Source of the DNA: Pseudoalteromonas tetraodonis
GTDB lineage: Bacteria > Pseudomonadota > Gammaproteobacteria > Enterobacterales > Alteromonadaceae
Direction: 5' to 3'
Length of the DNA: 32,000 bases
Assembly (NCBI RefSeq): GCF_002310835.1
Contig: NZ_CP011041.1
Location: 2,940,001 to 2,972,000, forward strand
The number at the start of each line of letters is the position of its first letter. The stretch's first letter is position 1. The notes under the pieces are model-generated. The model was not told where the DNA came from and ran no database searches. It worked only from the letters and a program-made list of their open reading frames with translations. The position numbers were made by a program, and so were the translations under genes. This document shows positions 21,180 through 30,756 of this stretch, one piece after another.

Positions 21180-21197
21180 TGTAAGACATCTCTTACG
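21180..21197 (+). promoter_or_regulatory. GacA/UvrY-type upstream activating box
   Basis: TGTAAGACATCTCTTACG matches TGTAAG-N6-CTTACA at 11 of 12 specified positions. It is centred about 170 nt upstream of the proposed sRNA start. A lone TGTAAG half-site is at 21289-21294. Confidence 0.6.
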
Positions 21198-21355
21198 CTT
21201 ATGACAGCTAATGAGTAAAAACACTCTGTTCAACACCCCAAAAACATAGCAAGTTATTGTATTTTATATAATTTAAAAATATTTCATTTGTAAGAACCTA
21301 AACCATAAGCGGTTTTATCCTACATTTACTGCAAATCACTCTCTATAATTAACCC

Positions 21356-21824
21356 ATAAATAAGCAACGACGCTTACCGAGTAAATGGAAACGGACTAAC
21401 TACTCGAATACCAAGGTTTGGTTTTTAGGATAACAGGGATTTAAGGACAGGCTCAGGATGAGTATCGCAATGGAATGTTGCATAAGGGATAGCATCAGGA
21501 TGATGCGTAATGGATAACAACACGGAAAAGTTGTTGCTAAAGGATAGGGAATAAAACGGACAGGCCTTAGGGCAACACAACGGAATGGTAGCAAAAGGAA
21601 TGCACTCGGATGTGCAATAAGGATTGGTAATAGATTTTACCTTACAGGATGTTTTAGGGATTTATGGAGACAGGCCCGGATAGCCTATATTACATAGAAC
21701 TAGAAAGTAATATTGTAATAACACGGAATGTAAAAATTGGAGTTGATTAGGTTCAATTGCAGGATGCAACAAAGTTAGAAGATTCCGCAAGCGCGACTAG
21801 AGATGGTTCGCGCTTTTCTTTTGC
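21356..21824 (+). ncRNA. CsrB/RsmB-family CsrA-sequestering sRNA (boundaries approximate)
   Basis: There are 25 GGA trinucleotides on the plus strand against 1 on the minus strand. Many sit in loops of short hairpins:
- CATC-AGGAT-GATG at 21493-21505
- GCAC-TCGGAT-GTGC at 21602-21615
- TTGC-AGGAT-GCAA at 21757-21769
- AACAAC-ACGGAAAA-GTTGTT at 21516-21535

The motif CAGGATG recurs four times. TATAAT at 21344-21349 sits just upstream, and a terminator lies at the 3-prime end. There is no credible ORF. Confidence 0.8.
21789..21824 (+). terminator. Rho-independent terminator of the CsrB-like sRNA
   Basis: AAGCGCGA (21789-21796) pairs with TCGCGCTT (21808-21815), followed by TTCTTTT. Confidence 0.8.
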
Positions 21825-21831
21825 CTGAAAA

Positions 21832-21974
<143 letters not shown>

Positions 21975-21989
21975 TCAACATCTTGCAGT

Positions 21990-22676
21990 TTATTCCGGCC
22001 TGCCTTTGTTGCGCTTACCGAGTAAATAGGCGTCGCGAAATTTGATAAAATGCTGTTCTAATTTAGTACTCGCATCAACTTCACCAGCCAATGCCAATAC
22101 CATAATAGCCACTTCTGCCGTACCTAACTGGTGAGCATGGGGTGCTACACGTAATCGGTAATCTGAGAGCTTTTGTGCGGTAATAGAAAGCACGGGCAAA
22201 TTATCTAGATAAGGACTTTTGCGGATCATTTTTTTAGCTTCACGCCATGTACCATCTAAGAATATAAATAAAGGCGTTTTACCTGCAACAGGCTCTACTT
22301 GCGTTACTACTCTATCTGTTTCAACATCTTCTGCAGGAAAAATCACAAAAGGCTGATATTTATCATTATTCAATAATGCTAATAAAGCAGGATCTGGGGA
22401 GGTTCTATCCCAGCGAAACGCATAATTATCAGGGACTATTTCAGCAATTAAACGCCCTGTATTAGACGGTTTAAAACTTTCATTATGATACATCAGTAAA
22501 CAAACCGCAGCGTCGCAACTTGCATACTCAGCGCCCTCACAAATACAGTAATGCTTGGCAATTAAGCATTGCTCACAGCGGTCCATCTTACCGCCCCGGG
22601 CATTAAACTCGCGTCGAGATTCACTTATTTGCTGGGCACGTAACGCTAAAACTGAATTTTTGAAACCTTGAGTCAC
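21990..22676 (-). CDS. tapT: DTW-domain tRNA-uridine aminocarboxypropyltransferase (YfiP/TapT-like)
   Basis: It has the DGTWREAKKM (DTW) motif and an N-terminal Cys cluster, CEQCLIAKHYCICE. The stretch KPSNTGRLIAEIVPD ... YQPFVIFP ... SPYLDNLPV is collinear with E. coli YfiP as I remember it. Confidence 0.82.
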   Translation of the reverse strand: MTQGFKNSVLALRAQQISESRREFNARGGKMDRCEQCLIAKHYCICEGAEYASCDAAVCLLMYHNESFKPSNTGRLIAEIVPDNYAFRWDRTSPDPALLALLNNDKYQPFVIFPAEDVETDRVVTQVEPVAGKTPLFIFLDGTWREAKKMIRKSPYLDNLPVLSITAQKLSDYRLRVAPHAHQLGTAEVAIMVLALAGEVDASTKLEQHFIKFRDAYLLGKRNKGRPE

Positions 22677-22736
22677 TGTGGTTTATTACCTATAAATTGA
22701 TGGCTGCGCATTGTAGCTAAAATAAAAGGGAATAGA

Positions 22737-23304
22737 TATCAGCTATCAGCTATCAGCTATCAGCTATCAGCTATCAGCTATCAGCTATCAGCTATCAGCT
22801 ATCAGCTATCAGCTATCAGCTATCAGCTATCAGCTATCAGCTATCAGCTATCAGCTATCAGCTATCAGCTATCAGCTATCAGCTATCAGCTATCAGCTAT
22901 CAGCTATCAGCTATCAGCTATCAGCTATCAGCTATCAGCTATCAGCTATCAGCTATCAGCTATCAGCTATCAGCTATCAGCTATCAGCTATCAGCTATCA
23001 GCTATCAGCTATCAGCTATCAGCTATCAGCTATCAGCTATCAGCTATCAGCTATCAGCTATCAGCTATCAGCTATCAGCTATCAGCTATCAGCTATCAGC
23101 TATCAGCTATCAGCTATCAGCTATCAGCTATCAGCTATCAGCTATCAGCTATCAGCTATCAGCTATCAGCTATCAGCTATCAGCTATCAGCTATCAGCTA
23201 TCAGCTATCAGCTATCAGCTATCAGCTATCAGCTATCAGCTATCAGCTATCAGCTATCAGCTATCAGCTATCAGCTATCAGCTATCAGCTATCAGCTATC
23301 AGCT
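22737..23304. repeat. Perfect heptanucleotide tandem array (ATCAGCT / TATCAGC phase) x 81.1
   Basis: I checked all 568 nt line by line and found no deviation from the 7-nt unit. It is intergenic, between the lpdA terminator and the tapT start codon (60 nt away). Confidence 0.99.
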
Positions 23305-23370
23305 CAAAATAAAAAACGATACCAACAAAAGCTAGTTTTGTTTTATCTATTTTTGAATTGGCGGCTATAA

Positions 23371-23400
23371 AAACAAAAACCCAGCAAAAGCTGGGTTTTT
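23371..23400 (-). terminator. Terminator of the pdhR-aceEF-lpdA operon
   Basis: AAAACCCAGC (23376-23385) pairs with GCTGGGTTTT (23390-23399). On the minus strand the hairpin is followed by TTTTTGTTTTT. Confidence 0.85.
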
Positions 23401-23423
23401 AAAAACTAAATTAAAAAGTTAAA

Positions 23424-24851
23424 TTACTTCTTCTTTTTAACTGCTTTTTTGTTTGGTAAATCAGTGATTGAACCTTCAAAAATTTCAGCTGCAAGGCCGA
23501 TTGATTCGTTCAATGTTGGGTGAGCATGAATTGTTAGCGCTAGGTCTTCACCATCTGCACCCATTTCAATACCTAGACCGATTTCGCCCAGCATTTCGCC
23601 TGCGTTAATACCAATCATAGCACCACCGATAATACGGCCGCTTTCTTTATCAAAAATAAGCTTAGTAGAACCTTCAGTACGTGAAGAAGCAATTGCACGA
23701 CCCGATGCAGCCCAAGGGAATACTGCTGTTTCAATGCTTAAACCTTGCTCTTTCGCTTCTTTTTCAGTTACACCCGCCCATGCAATTTCAGGGTCAGTGT
23801 AAGCAATTGAAGGAATACACTTAGGATCAAAGTAATGTTTTTGACCAGAGATAACTTCTGCTGCAACATGACCTTCATGAACCGCTTTATGCGCAAGCAT
23901 AGGCTGACCCACTAAGTCACCAATTGCAAAAATATGTTCTACGTTAGTACGTAATTGCTTATCAACGTTAATAAAACCACGCTCATCAACATTCACACCC
24001 GCTTTATCAGCGTCTAACATATTACCATTTGGTGTACGACCTACAGCAACAAGTACTTTGTCGTAACGTACTGGCTCTGCTGGTGCATTTTTGCCTTCAA
24101 ACGTAACATATAAACCGTCGTCTTTTGCTTCAACGCCAGTTACTTTAGTTGAAAGCATCACGTTAAACTTGTCTTTAACATGCTTTTGGTAAATTTTTAT
24201 GATGTCTTTATCAGCAGCAGGAACAAGTTGGTCTGCAAATTCTACAACATCAATTGCAGAACCTAGTGCACGGTAAACCGTACCCATTTCTAGACCAATA
24301 ATACCACCACCTAAAACAAGTAGCTTTTCAGGAACATCTTTAAGCTCTAGCGCACCCGTTGAATCAATAACGCGATCATCTTCTGGGATGAAAGGTAAGT
24401 TTACAGGTTTAGAACCCGCAGCAATAATTGCGTTATCAAAGGTAATGGTTGTTTTACCGTCAGCGCCTTCAACGTCTAAAGTATTGCTACCAGTAAATTT
24501 ACCGTAACCAGATACAACTTTTACTTTACGCATTTTAGCCATGCCGTCTAAGCCACCTGTAAGCTGGCCAACAACAGACTCTTTCCAAGAACGAACTTCA
24601 TCTAAGTCAATTTTTGGTGCGCCAAAAGTAACGCCGTGAGATGACATTTCTGCAGCATCATCAATCACTTTAGCTACGTGTAAAAGTGCTTTAGAAGGAA
24701 TACAACCAACATTAAGACATACACCGCCTAATGTCTCGCGAGATTCTACTAATGTAACTTCTAAGCCCAAGTCAGCAGCGCGAAAAGCCGCAGAGTAACC
24801 ACCAGGACCACCGCCTAGTACAACAACTTGAGTTTTTAATTCGTTGCTCAT
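23424..24851 (-). CDS. lpdA: Dihydrolipoyl dehydrogenase (E3)
   Basis: It has the FAD motif GGGPGGY, the redox-active disulfide CLNVGCIPSK, the NAD motif GGGIIGLE and the C-terminal HAHPTL. The start is moved from GTG 24881 to ATG 24851 (MSNELKTQVVVLGGG), which has AAAGG upstream. Confidence 0.96.
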   Translation of the reverse strand: MSNELKTQVVVLGGGPGGYSAAFRAADLGLEVTLVESRETLGGVCLNVGCIPSKALLHVAKVIDDAAEMSSHGVTFGAPKIDLDEVRSWKESVVGQLTGGLDGMAKMRKVKVVSGYGKFTGSNTLDVEGADGKTTITFDNAIIAAGSKPVNLPFIPEDDRVIDSTGALELKDVPEKLLVLGGGIIGLEMGTVYRALGSAIDVVEFADQLVPAADKDIIKIYQKHVKDKFNVMLSTKVTGVEAKDDGLYVTFEGKNAPAEPVRYDKVLVAVGRTPNGNMLDADKAGVNVDERGFINVDKQLRTNVEHIFAIGDLVGQPMLAHKAVHEGHVAAEVISGQKHYFDPKCIPSIAYTDPEIAWAGVTEKEAKEQGLSIETAVFPWAASGRAIASSRTEGSTKLIFDKESGRIIGGAMIGINAGEMLGEIGLGIEMGADGEDLALTIHAHPTLNESIGLAAEIFEGSITDLPNKKAVKKKK

Positions 24852-24957
24852 GCTATTACCTTTATTGTTTGAACGGGACACAGCCCCAAAATTTAACTGC
24901 CATGTTTCTGCAAGGCAGAAAAGGGCATTTGTGCAAATATTGTATCATTGCAAATGA

Positions 24958-24992
24958 TAAAAATCCCAGCTAAAAACAACTGGCTGGGATTT
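24958..24992 (-). terminator. Internal terminator or attenuator hairpin between aceF and lpdA
   Basis: ATCCCAGC (24963-24970) pairs with GCTGGGAT (24983-24990). On the minus strand the hairpin is followed by TTTTTAT. This is consistent with lpd having its own promoter, as in E. coli. Confidence 0.6.
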
Positions 24993-25014
24993 GATTTTAC
25001 TCACTCTGTAGTGA

Positions 25015-26940
25015 TCACATCACTAACTGGCGTATATCACTCATGTAACTTGCAAGAGTAACAGTAAAGCGTGCAGCAAGTGCACCGTCAATCACTCTAT
25101 GGTCGTAAGACATTGAAAGTGGAACCATTAGCTTAGGTTCAAACTCTTTACCATTCCACTTAGGCTTCATTTCAGATTTAGACACACCTAAAATAGCCAC
25201 CTCTGGTGCATTCACAATCGGCGTAAATGCCGTACCGCCAATACCACCTAGGCTTGAAATAGTAAAACAACCACCTTGCATATCTGATGAACTTAACTTG
25301 CCATCACGTGCTTTAACAGATACTTCCATTAGTTCACGAGAGAGTTCAATAATGCCTTTTTTATCAACATCTTTAAATACTGGCACAACCAAGCCATTAG
25401 GCGTATCAACCGCTACACCAATGTTGATGTACTTTTTAAGGATTAAGCTTTCGCCATCCTCAGAAAGTGATGAGTTAAATGTCGGGAACTCAGCAAGCGC
25501 TTTAGCTGCTGCTTTCATTACAAACACGAGTGGCGTAATTTTAACACCCAGCTTTTTCTTCTCGTTAAGCGCGTTTTGCTCTTTACGGAACTGCTCAAGG
25601 CTCGTGATATCCGCTTCATCAAACTGGGTAACATGTGGGATTTGCACCCAGTTACGGTGTAAGTTTTTACCTGATAGCTTTTGAATACGAGAGAGTTTTT
25701 TCTCTTCAATTTCACCAAACTTAGCAAAATCAACTTTTGGCCACGGAATTAATCCAAGCTCACCGCCACCGGCATTGCCTTTAGCTGCAGGTACTTGACC
25801 GGATTCAACTTGCTTAACCAGTTGCTTAACATAGTTTTGCACGTCTTCTTTAACAACACGGTTTTTACGACCTGTGCCTTTTACGTTCGCAAGGTTAATA
25901 CCAAACTCACGTGCTAAACGACGAACAACTGGCGATGCATGAGCATAAGCGCTGTTGTTTTCAAAGCTTTCGGCACTTGCTTTTTCAGGCGCAGCAGTTG
26001 GTTTTGACACTGCTTGAGCCGCTGGCTTAGATTCAGCCTTTGGCTCGTCTTGTTTTGCAGGCGCGTCACTTGGTGCACTACCCGCCACTTCAAATACAAA
26101 AATCAGGGAACCCGTTTTAACTTTATCGCCTGTTGCTACTTTAATTTCTTTTACAGTACCAGCAAACGGCGCCGGTACTTCCATAGCAGCTTTATCGCCT
26201 TCAACGTTTAAGATAGATTGCTCTTCTTCTACGCTATCGCCAACCGCAACCATGACTTCTGTTACTTCAACTTCGTCATCACCAATATCCGGTACGCTAA
26301 CTTCTTTAGTGCTTGATTCTGACGCTTTAGATGAAGCAGCTTTTTCAGTAGGCTTCTCTTGTGCTTTTGAATCCGCTGCAGGGGCACTTTGGTTATCACC
26401 ACCTGACACTTCAAAAACAAATACTAATGAACCCGTTTTCACTTTGTCACCAGTATTTACTTTAATTTCTTTTACTGTACCGGCAAAGGGTGCTGGTACT
26501 TCCATTGCCGCTTTGTCGCCTTCAACGTTTAAGACAGATTGCTCTTCTTCTACGCTATCACCAACTGCAACCATAATTTCAGTTACTTCAACTTCGTCAT
26601 CACCAATATCAGGCACAGTGACTTCTTTGATTGATGAAGCCGATGACGCAGCAGGTGCAGCTTCCTCGGTTTTTTCAGCTTCTTTAGAGTCAGCAGCAGA
26701 ATCTTGCGCTTCACCTTCAAAGATGAACACTAAAGTGCCTGTGGTTACTGTATCGCCCACATTTACTTTAATTTCTTTTACCGTACCGGCTTGTTCAGCA
26801 GGTACTTCCATCGCAGCTTTATCACCTTCAACACTTAATAGTGATTGGTCAACTTCAACTTTATCGCCAACGCTCACTAGTATTTCGGTTACTTCTACTT
26901 CATCGCCACCGATATCAGGTACTTTAATTTCAATACTCAT
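25015..26940 (-). CDS. aceF: Pyruvate dehydrogenase E2, dihydrolipoyllysine acetyltransferase (three lipoyl domains)
   Basis: It has three lipoyl domains, each with [10 protein letters not shown], joined by Ala/Pro-rich linkers. The E3-binding domain ([16 protein letters not shown]) and the catalytic domain with DHRVIDGA are both present. Confidence 0.97.
26083..26631 (-). repeat. Intragenic duplication encoding lipoyl domains 2 and 3 of AceF
   Basis: Two near-identical segments of about 225 nt lie 321 nt apart. CTCTTCTTCTACGCTATC, for example, occurs at 26221 and 26542. They encode [13 protein letters not shown](I/V)[13 protein letters not shown].... A more diverged first copy lies at about 26716-26937. 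Confidence 0.9.
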
Positions 26941-26950
26941 TGCAAACCTC

Positions 26951-29617
26951 TTATGCGTACAGTGGATTTAGTTTGTTAGTGTCGATGTTGAATTTTTTAA
27001 TTGCTTCAACAACCACTGACTTTTCAACTTCACCACGTTTAGCAAGTTCAGATAATGTCGCAACTACCACGTAGCTTGCGTTAACTTCAAAGTGACGACG
27101 TAGGTTTTCACGGCTGTCTGAACGACCGTAACCATCTGTACCCAATACTTTGTAGTTACTGCTTGGGATAAATGAACGTGCTTGCTCTGCGTAGTTTTTC
27201 ATGTAATCCGTTGCAGCAACAGTGACTGAATCGTTTAATACGCTTGTAATGTAAGCTGTTTTTTGCTCGCTTTCTGGATTAAGCATGTTGAAACGCTCAA
27301 CATCTTGTCCATCACGCGTAAGTTCATTAAATGAAGTTACAGAGTAAACATCAGATGCAATACCATAGTCTTCGCTTAAAATTGCCGCCGCTTTACGCAC
27401 TTCAGTCATGATAGTACCTGAGCTTAATAGCTGTACGTTGGCTTTTTTACCTTCGTAGCTTTCTAGCTTGTAGATACCTTTACGAATACCTTCTTCAGCG
27501 CCTTCTGGCATTGCTGGCTGATGGTAGTTTTCGTTCATTAGCGTTAGGTAGTAGTAAATGTTTTCTTGCTCTTCACCGTACATACGACGAATACCGTCTT
27601 GCACAATAACCGCTACTTCAAATGCATAAGTAGGATCGTAAGAAATACAGTTAGGTACCGTGTTTGCAAGAATGTGGCTGTGGCCATCTTCGTGCTGTAA
27701 GCCTTCACCATTTAGCGTTGTACGACCCGCTGTAGCACCTAATAAGAAACCACGTGCTTGTTGATCCCCTGCCATCCATGCCATGTCACCAACACGTTGG
27801 AAACCAAACATAGAGTAGTAAATGTAGAATGGGATCATCGGTAAGTCGTTGGTGCTGTATGATGTTGCAGCAGCAACCCATGACGACATTGCACCTAGCT
27901 CGTTAATCCCTTCTTGTAATACCTGCCCTGACGTTGCTTCTTTGTAGTAAGAAACAATATCACGGTCTTGAGGGGTGTAATTTTGGCCATGTGGGTTGTA
28001 AATACCGATTTGACGGAATAAACCTTCCATACCAAAAGTACGTGCTTCATCGGCAATAATTGGCACAATATTTTTACCAATACCTTTATCTTTTAATAAA
28101 ATATTAAGAGCACGTACAAAGCCCATAGTGGTTGAAATATCACGCTTTTGCTCTTCAAGTAACGGCTTGAATGCGTCAACTTCTGGCAACTGTAACTTTT
28201 CAGAAAACTTAGCGATACGCGTTGGCGTGTAACCTTGTAATGCATCACGACGAGCATGTAGATACTTGTACTCAGGTGAATCTTTTTCAAGCTCTAAGTA
28301 AGGTAGCTCTTTTAGTTGCTCTTCTGATACTAAGTCATCTAAGCCTAAGCGTGAGCGTAAGTGAGCCACATGCGACATATCCATTTTCTTAACTTGGTGC
28401 GCAATGTTTTTACCTTCAGCCGCTTCACCCATGCCGTAACCTTTTACAGTTTTAGCTAGGATCACTGTTGGACGACCTTTCGTTTCTTCTGCTTTTTTAA
28501 ATGCAGCAAACAGTTTTGAAGGCTCATGACCACCGCGCTTAAGGGCGAAAATTTCTTCATCGGTCATATCAGCAACAAGTGCTGCTGTTTCTGGGTAGCG
28601 ACCAAAGAAATGTTCACGTACGTACGCGCCATCTTTCGCTTTATATGTTTGGTAATCACCATCAACAGTTTCGTTCATTAACTGTAGTAATTTACCTGTG
28701 GTGTCTTTAGCAAGGAGAATATCCCAACCGCTGCCCCAAACAAGTTTAATAACATTCCAGCCAGCGCCTTTAAATAGGCCTTCTAGCTCTTGAATGATTT
28801 TACCGTTACCCATTACAGGGCCATCTAAGCGCTGTAGGTTACAGTTAACTAAGTAACATAGGTTATCTAGCTTTTCACGGGCAGCAAAAGAAATAGCACC
28901 ACGTGATTCTGGCTCATCCATTTCACCATCACCTAAAAACGCATATACACGTTGGTTTTTAGTGTCTTTTAAGCCACGGCCATCTAAGTATTTTAAGAAA
29001 CGTGCTTGGTAAATTGAAGAAATTGGACCTAAGCCCATAGATACCGTTGGGAACTGCCAAAACTCTGGCATTAATTTAGGGTGAGGGTAAGAAGGTAAGC
29101 CTTTACCATCTACTTCCTGACGGAAATTATCAAGCTGCTCAGCACTTAAACGCCCTTCAACAAATGCACGCGCATAAATACCCGGAGAAATATGGCCTTG
29201 GTAATAGACTAAATCGCCACCATCAACATCATTTGGCGCTTTAAAGAAATGGTTAAAACATACTTCATAAAATGCAGCAGACGATTGGTAAGACGCCATA
29301 TGGCCGCCTAAGTCGAGATCTTTTTTCGATGCACGCAATACAATCATAATCGCGTTCCAACGAATAATTGAACGAATACGGCGCTCAAGATTTACATCAC
29401 CAGGGTAGGCAGGTTCTTGATCAACCGGGATCGTATTAACGTAGTTTGTGTTAATGCCAGTTGGCATATCAACACCGTCTAAGCGGGCTTGCTCTAACAC
29501 TTGCTCAAGTAAAAACTGAGCTCGTTCAACACCTTCTTCGCGCACAACCGATTCAAGAGCTTGTAACCACTCTTGTGTTTCTAGCGCGTCTACGTCAATT
29601 TTATTGACTTCAGACAT
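26951..29617 (-). CDS. aceE: Pyruvate dehydrogenase E1 component
   Basis: The protein is 888 aa. Its N-terminus, [32 protein letters not shown], is collinear with E. coli AceE. It has the ThDP-binding motif [10 protein letters not shown]. Confidence 0.97.
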
Positions 29618-29701
29618 ATGGAGGTTTCCTTATGTTTAAAATACTAATTTTATGTATTGAATACTTCACTGTTGAATCAAGTTAACAGTGAATGTACTTG
29701 C

Positions 29702-30454
29702 TTAATTTTGTTTGGTGCGTCTTAAACTACGTTCAATTCGCGAGTGCTCTTTACCCGCTTCAAGCAATGCTTCTTCAATATAGGCTAAATGCGCATTACT
29801 TGCTAAGCGAGCTTGTTCAGGATTACCGTCAATCACTGCATCCATTAATAAGCGTCTATGCTCGGCTAATTGGCTGCTTATATCTGACTTTTTAAGTAAC
29901 ACCGTTAAATTTTGTAAAACATTCTGCTCAAGTAAGCTTTGCATCCCTCTTACTAAATGCAGTAACACTACGTTATGAGACGCCTCAGCAATGCAAAAAT
30001 GAAAGTCATTAATCGCTTTGGCTTTTTGCTTTAATTCATCTTTAGCTAATGCAATCTGATCAAAGCTCTGTTTTACTTTTGCAAAATCGTTACTTGTTCC
30101 GCGAAGTGCTGCGTAATAAGCCGCAATTCCCTCTAGCGCATGACGAAATTCTAATAAATCAAATTGCGATTCGGGGTGTTTACTGATCAAATCAAACAAC
30201 GGATCAGTCAGTCCCTCCTCCAATTGATTTTTTACATACGTTCCACCACCTTGGCGACGGGTTACGAGCCCTTTTGCCTCAAGCTTTTGAATGGCTTCAC
30301 GCAACGACGGACGCGACACTTCAAATTGCTTGGCGAGTTCACGCTCCGGTGGTAACTTTTCTCCTGGTGCTAACGACCCCTCAAGAATCATGTTCTCAAG
30401 TTGTTGTAAAATAACATCAGATAATTTTGCCGCTTTAATTTTTAAAGACATCAA
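29702..30454 (-). CDS. pdhR: Pyruvate dehydrogenase complex repressor (GntR/FadR family)
   Basis: KLSDVILQQLENMILEGSLAPGEKLPPERELAKQFEVSRPSLREAIQKLEAKGLV is almost identical to the E. coli PdhR wHTH. It has an FCD-type C-terminal domain and lies directly upstream of aceE. Confidence 0.95.
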   Translation of the reverse strand: MMSLKIKAAKLSDVILQQLENMILEGSLAPGEKLPPERELAKQFEVSRPSLREAIQKLEAKGLVTRRQGGGTYVKNQLEEGLTDPLFDLISKHPESQFDLLEFRHALEGIAAYYAALRGTSNDFAKVKQSFDQIALAKDELKQKAKAINDFHFCIAEASHNVVLLHLVRGMQSLLEQNVLQNLTVLLKKSDISSQLAEHRRLLMDAVIDGNPEQARLASNAHLAYIEEALLEAGKEHSRIERSLRRTKQN

Positions 30455-30529
30455 TCAACGTCCGCGTTGTATAAATGCTAGCAGCCCATTAAATAAGGCT
30501 TTTAACTGAATGACCTGACCAAAAGGTAA

Positions 30530-30544
30530 ATTGGTCATACCAAA
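30530..30544. promoter_or_regulatory. PdhR operator
   Basis: ATTGGTCATACCAAA matches ATTGGT-N3-ACCAAT at 11 of 12 specified positions. It lies 76 nt upstream of the pdhR ATG. An overlapping inverted repeat pairs TGACCAA (30513-30519) with TTGGTCA (30531-30537). Confidence 0.7.
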
Positions 30545-30553
30545 TTTTGCCAT

Positions 30554-30582
30554 ACGTTATCAAAAACCGTAATTACTGTCAA
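30554..30582 (-). promoter_or_regulatory. Candidate sigma70 promoter of pdhR operon
   Basis: On the minus strand, TTGACA (30582-30577) is followed by a 17-nt spacer and TAACGT (30559-30554). The PdhR box then falls just downstream of the predicted start site, as in E. coli. Confidence 0.5.
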
Positions 30583-30715
30583 TTTACAGCAGTTTTAAAG
30601 CCCTAAGGCCAGCGTAACGTAATTTAAACAAAGTTCAAATAATACACAGATCACAGAGGGTAAAGAAAGGTTAATAAGATGAAAAACAAATGGTCAGACC
30701 AGCTAATTTTTAATT

Positions 30716-30756
30716 TTCGGGGTTCGGGGTTCGGGGTTCGGGGTTCGGGGTTCGGG
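30716..30756. repeat. Heptanucleotide tandem array (TTCGGGG) x 5.9
   Basis: Read directly from the sequence. There are five GGGG runs plus one GGG run, each separated by TTC, and no substitutions. It is intergenic between ampE and pdhR. Confidence 0.98.

Noticed and set aside
21400-21594. This is a 64-aa minus-strand ORF.
   Set aside because: It lies inside and antisense to the GGA-rich sRNA. It has no RBS, and its Pro/Cys/Leu-rich low-complexity translation is a by-product of TCC-rich antisense sequence.
22737-23304. I considered whether the 81-copy array could be a CRISPR array or a coding repeat. The plus strand is stop-free in all three frames, reading (ISYQLSA)n.
   Set aside because: The unit is only 7 nt with no spacers, so it is not CRISPR. 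No ATG, GTG or TTG start or RBS opens into the tract, and TAA or TAG stops lie just upstream in the frames that contain a canonical start. Only a weak CTG at 22703 reads into the tract. The strand used by both neighbours is full of TGA and TAG.
26252-26971. This is a 239-aa plus-strand ORF with an internally repeated Ser/Thr-rich sequence ([14 protein letters not shown]...).
   Set aside because: It lies entirely antisense to aceF. Its repeats are the mirror image of the lipoyl-domain duplication, and aceF on the minus strand is unambiguous.
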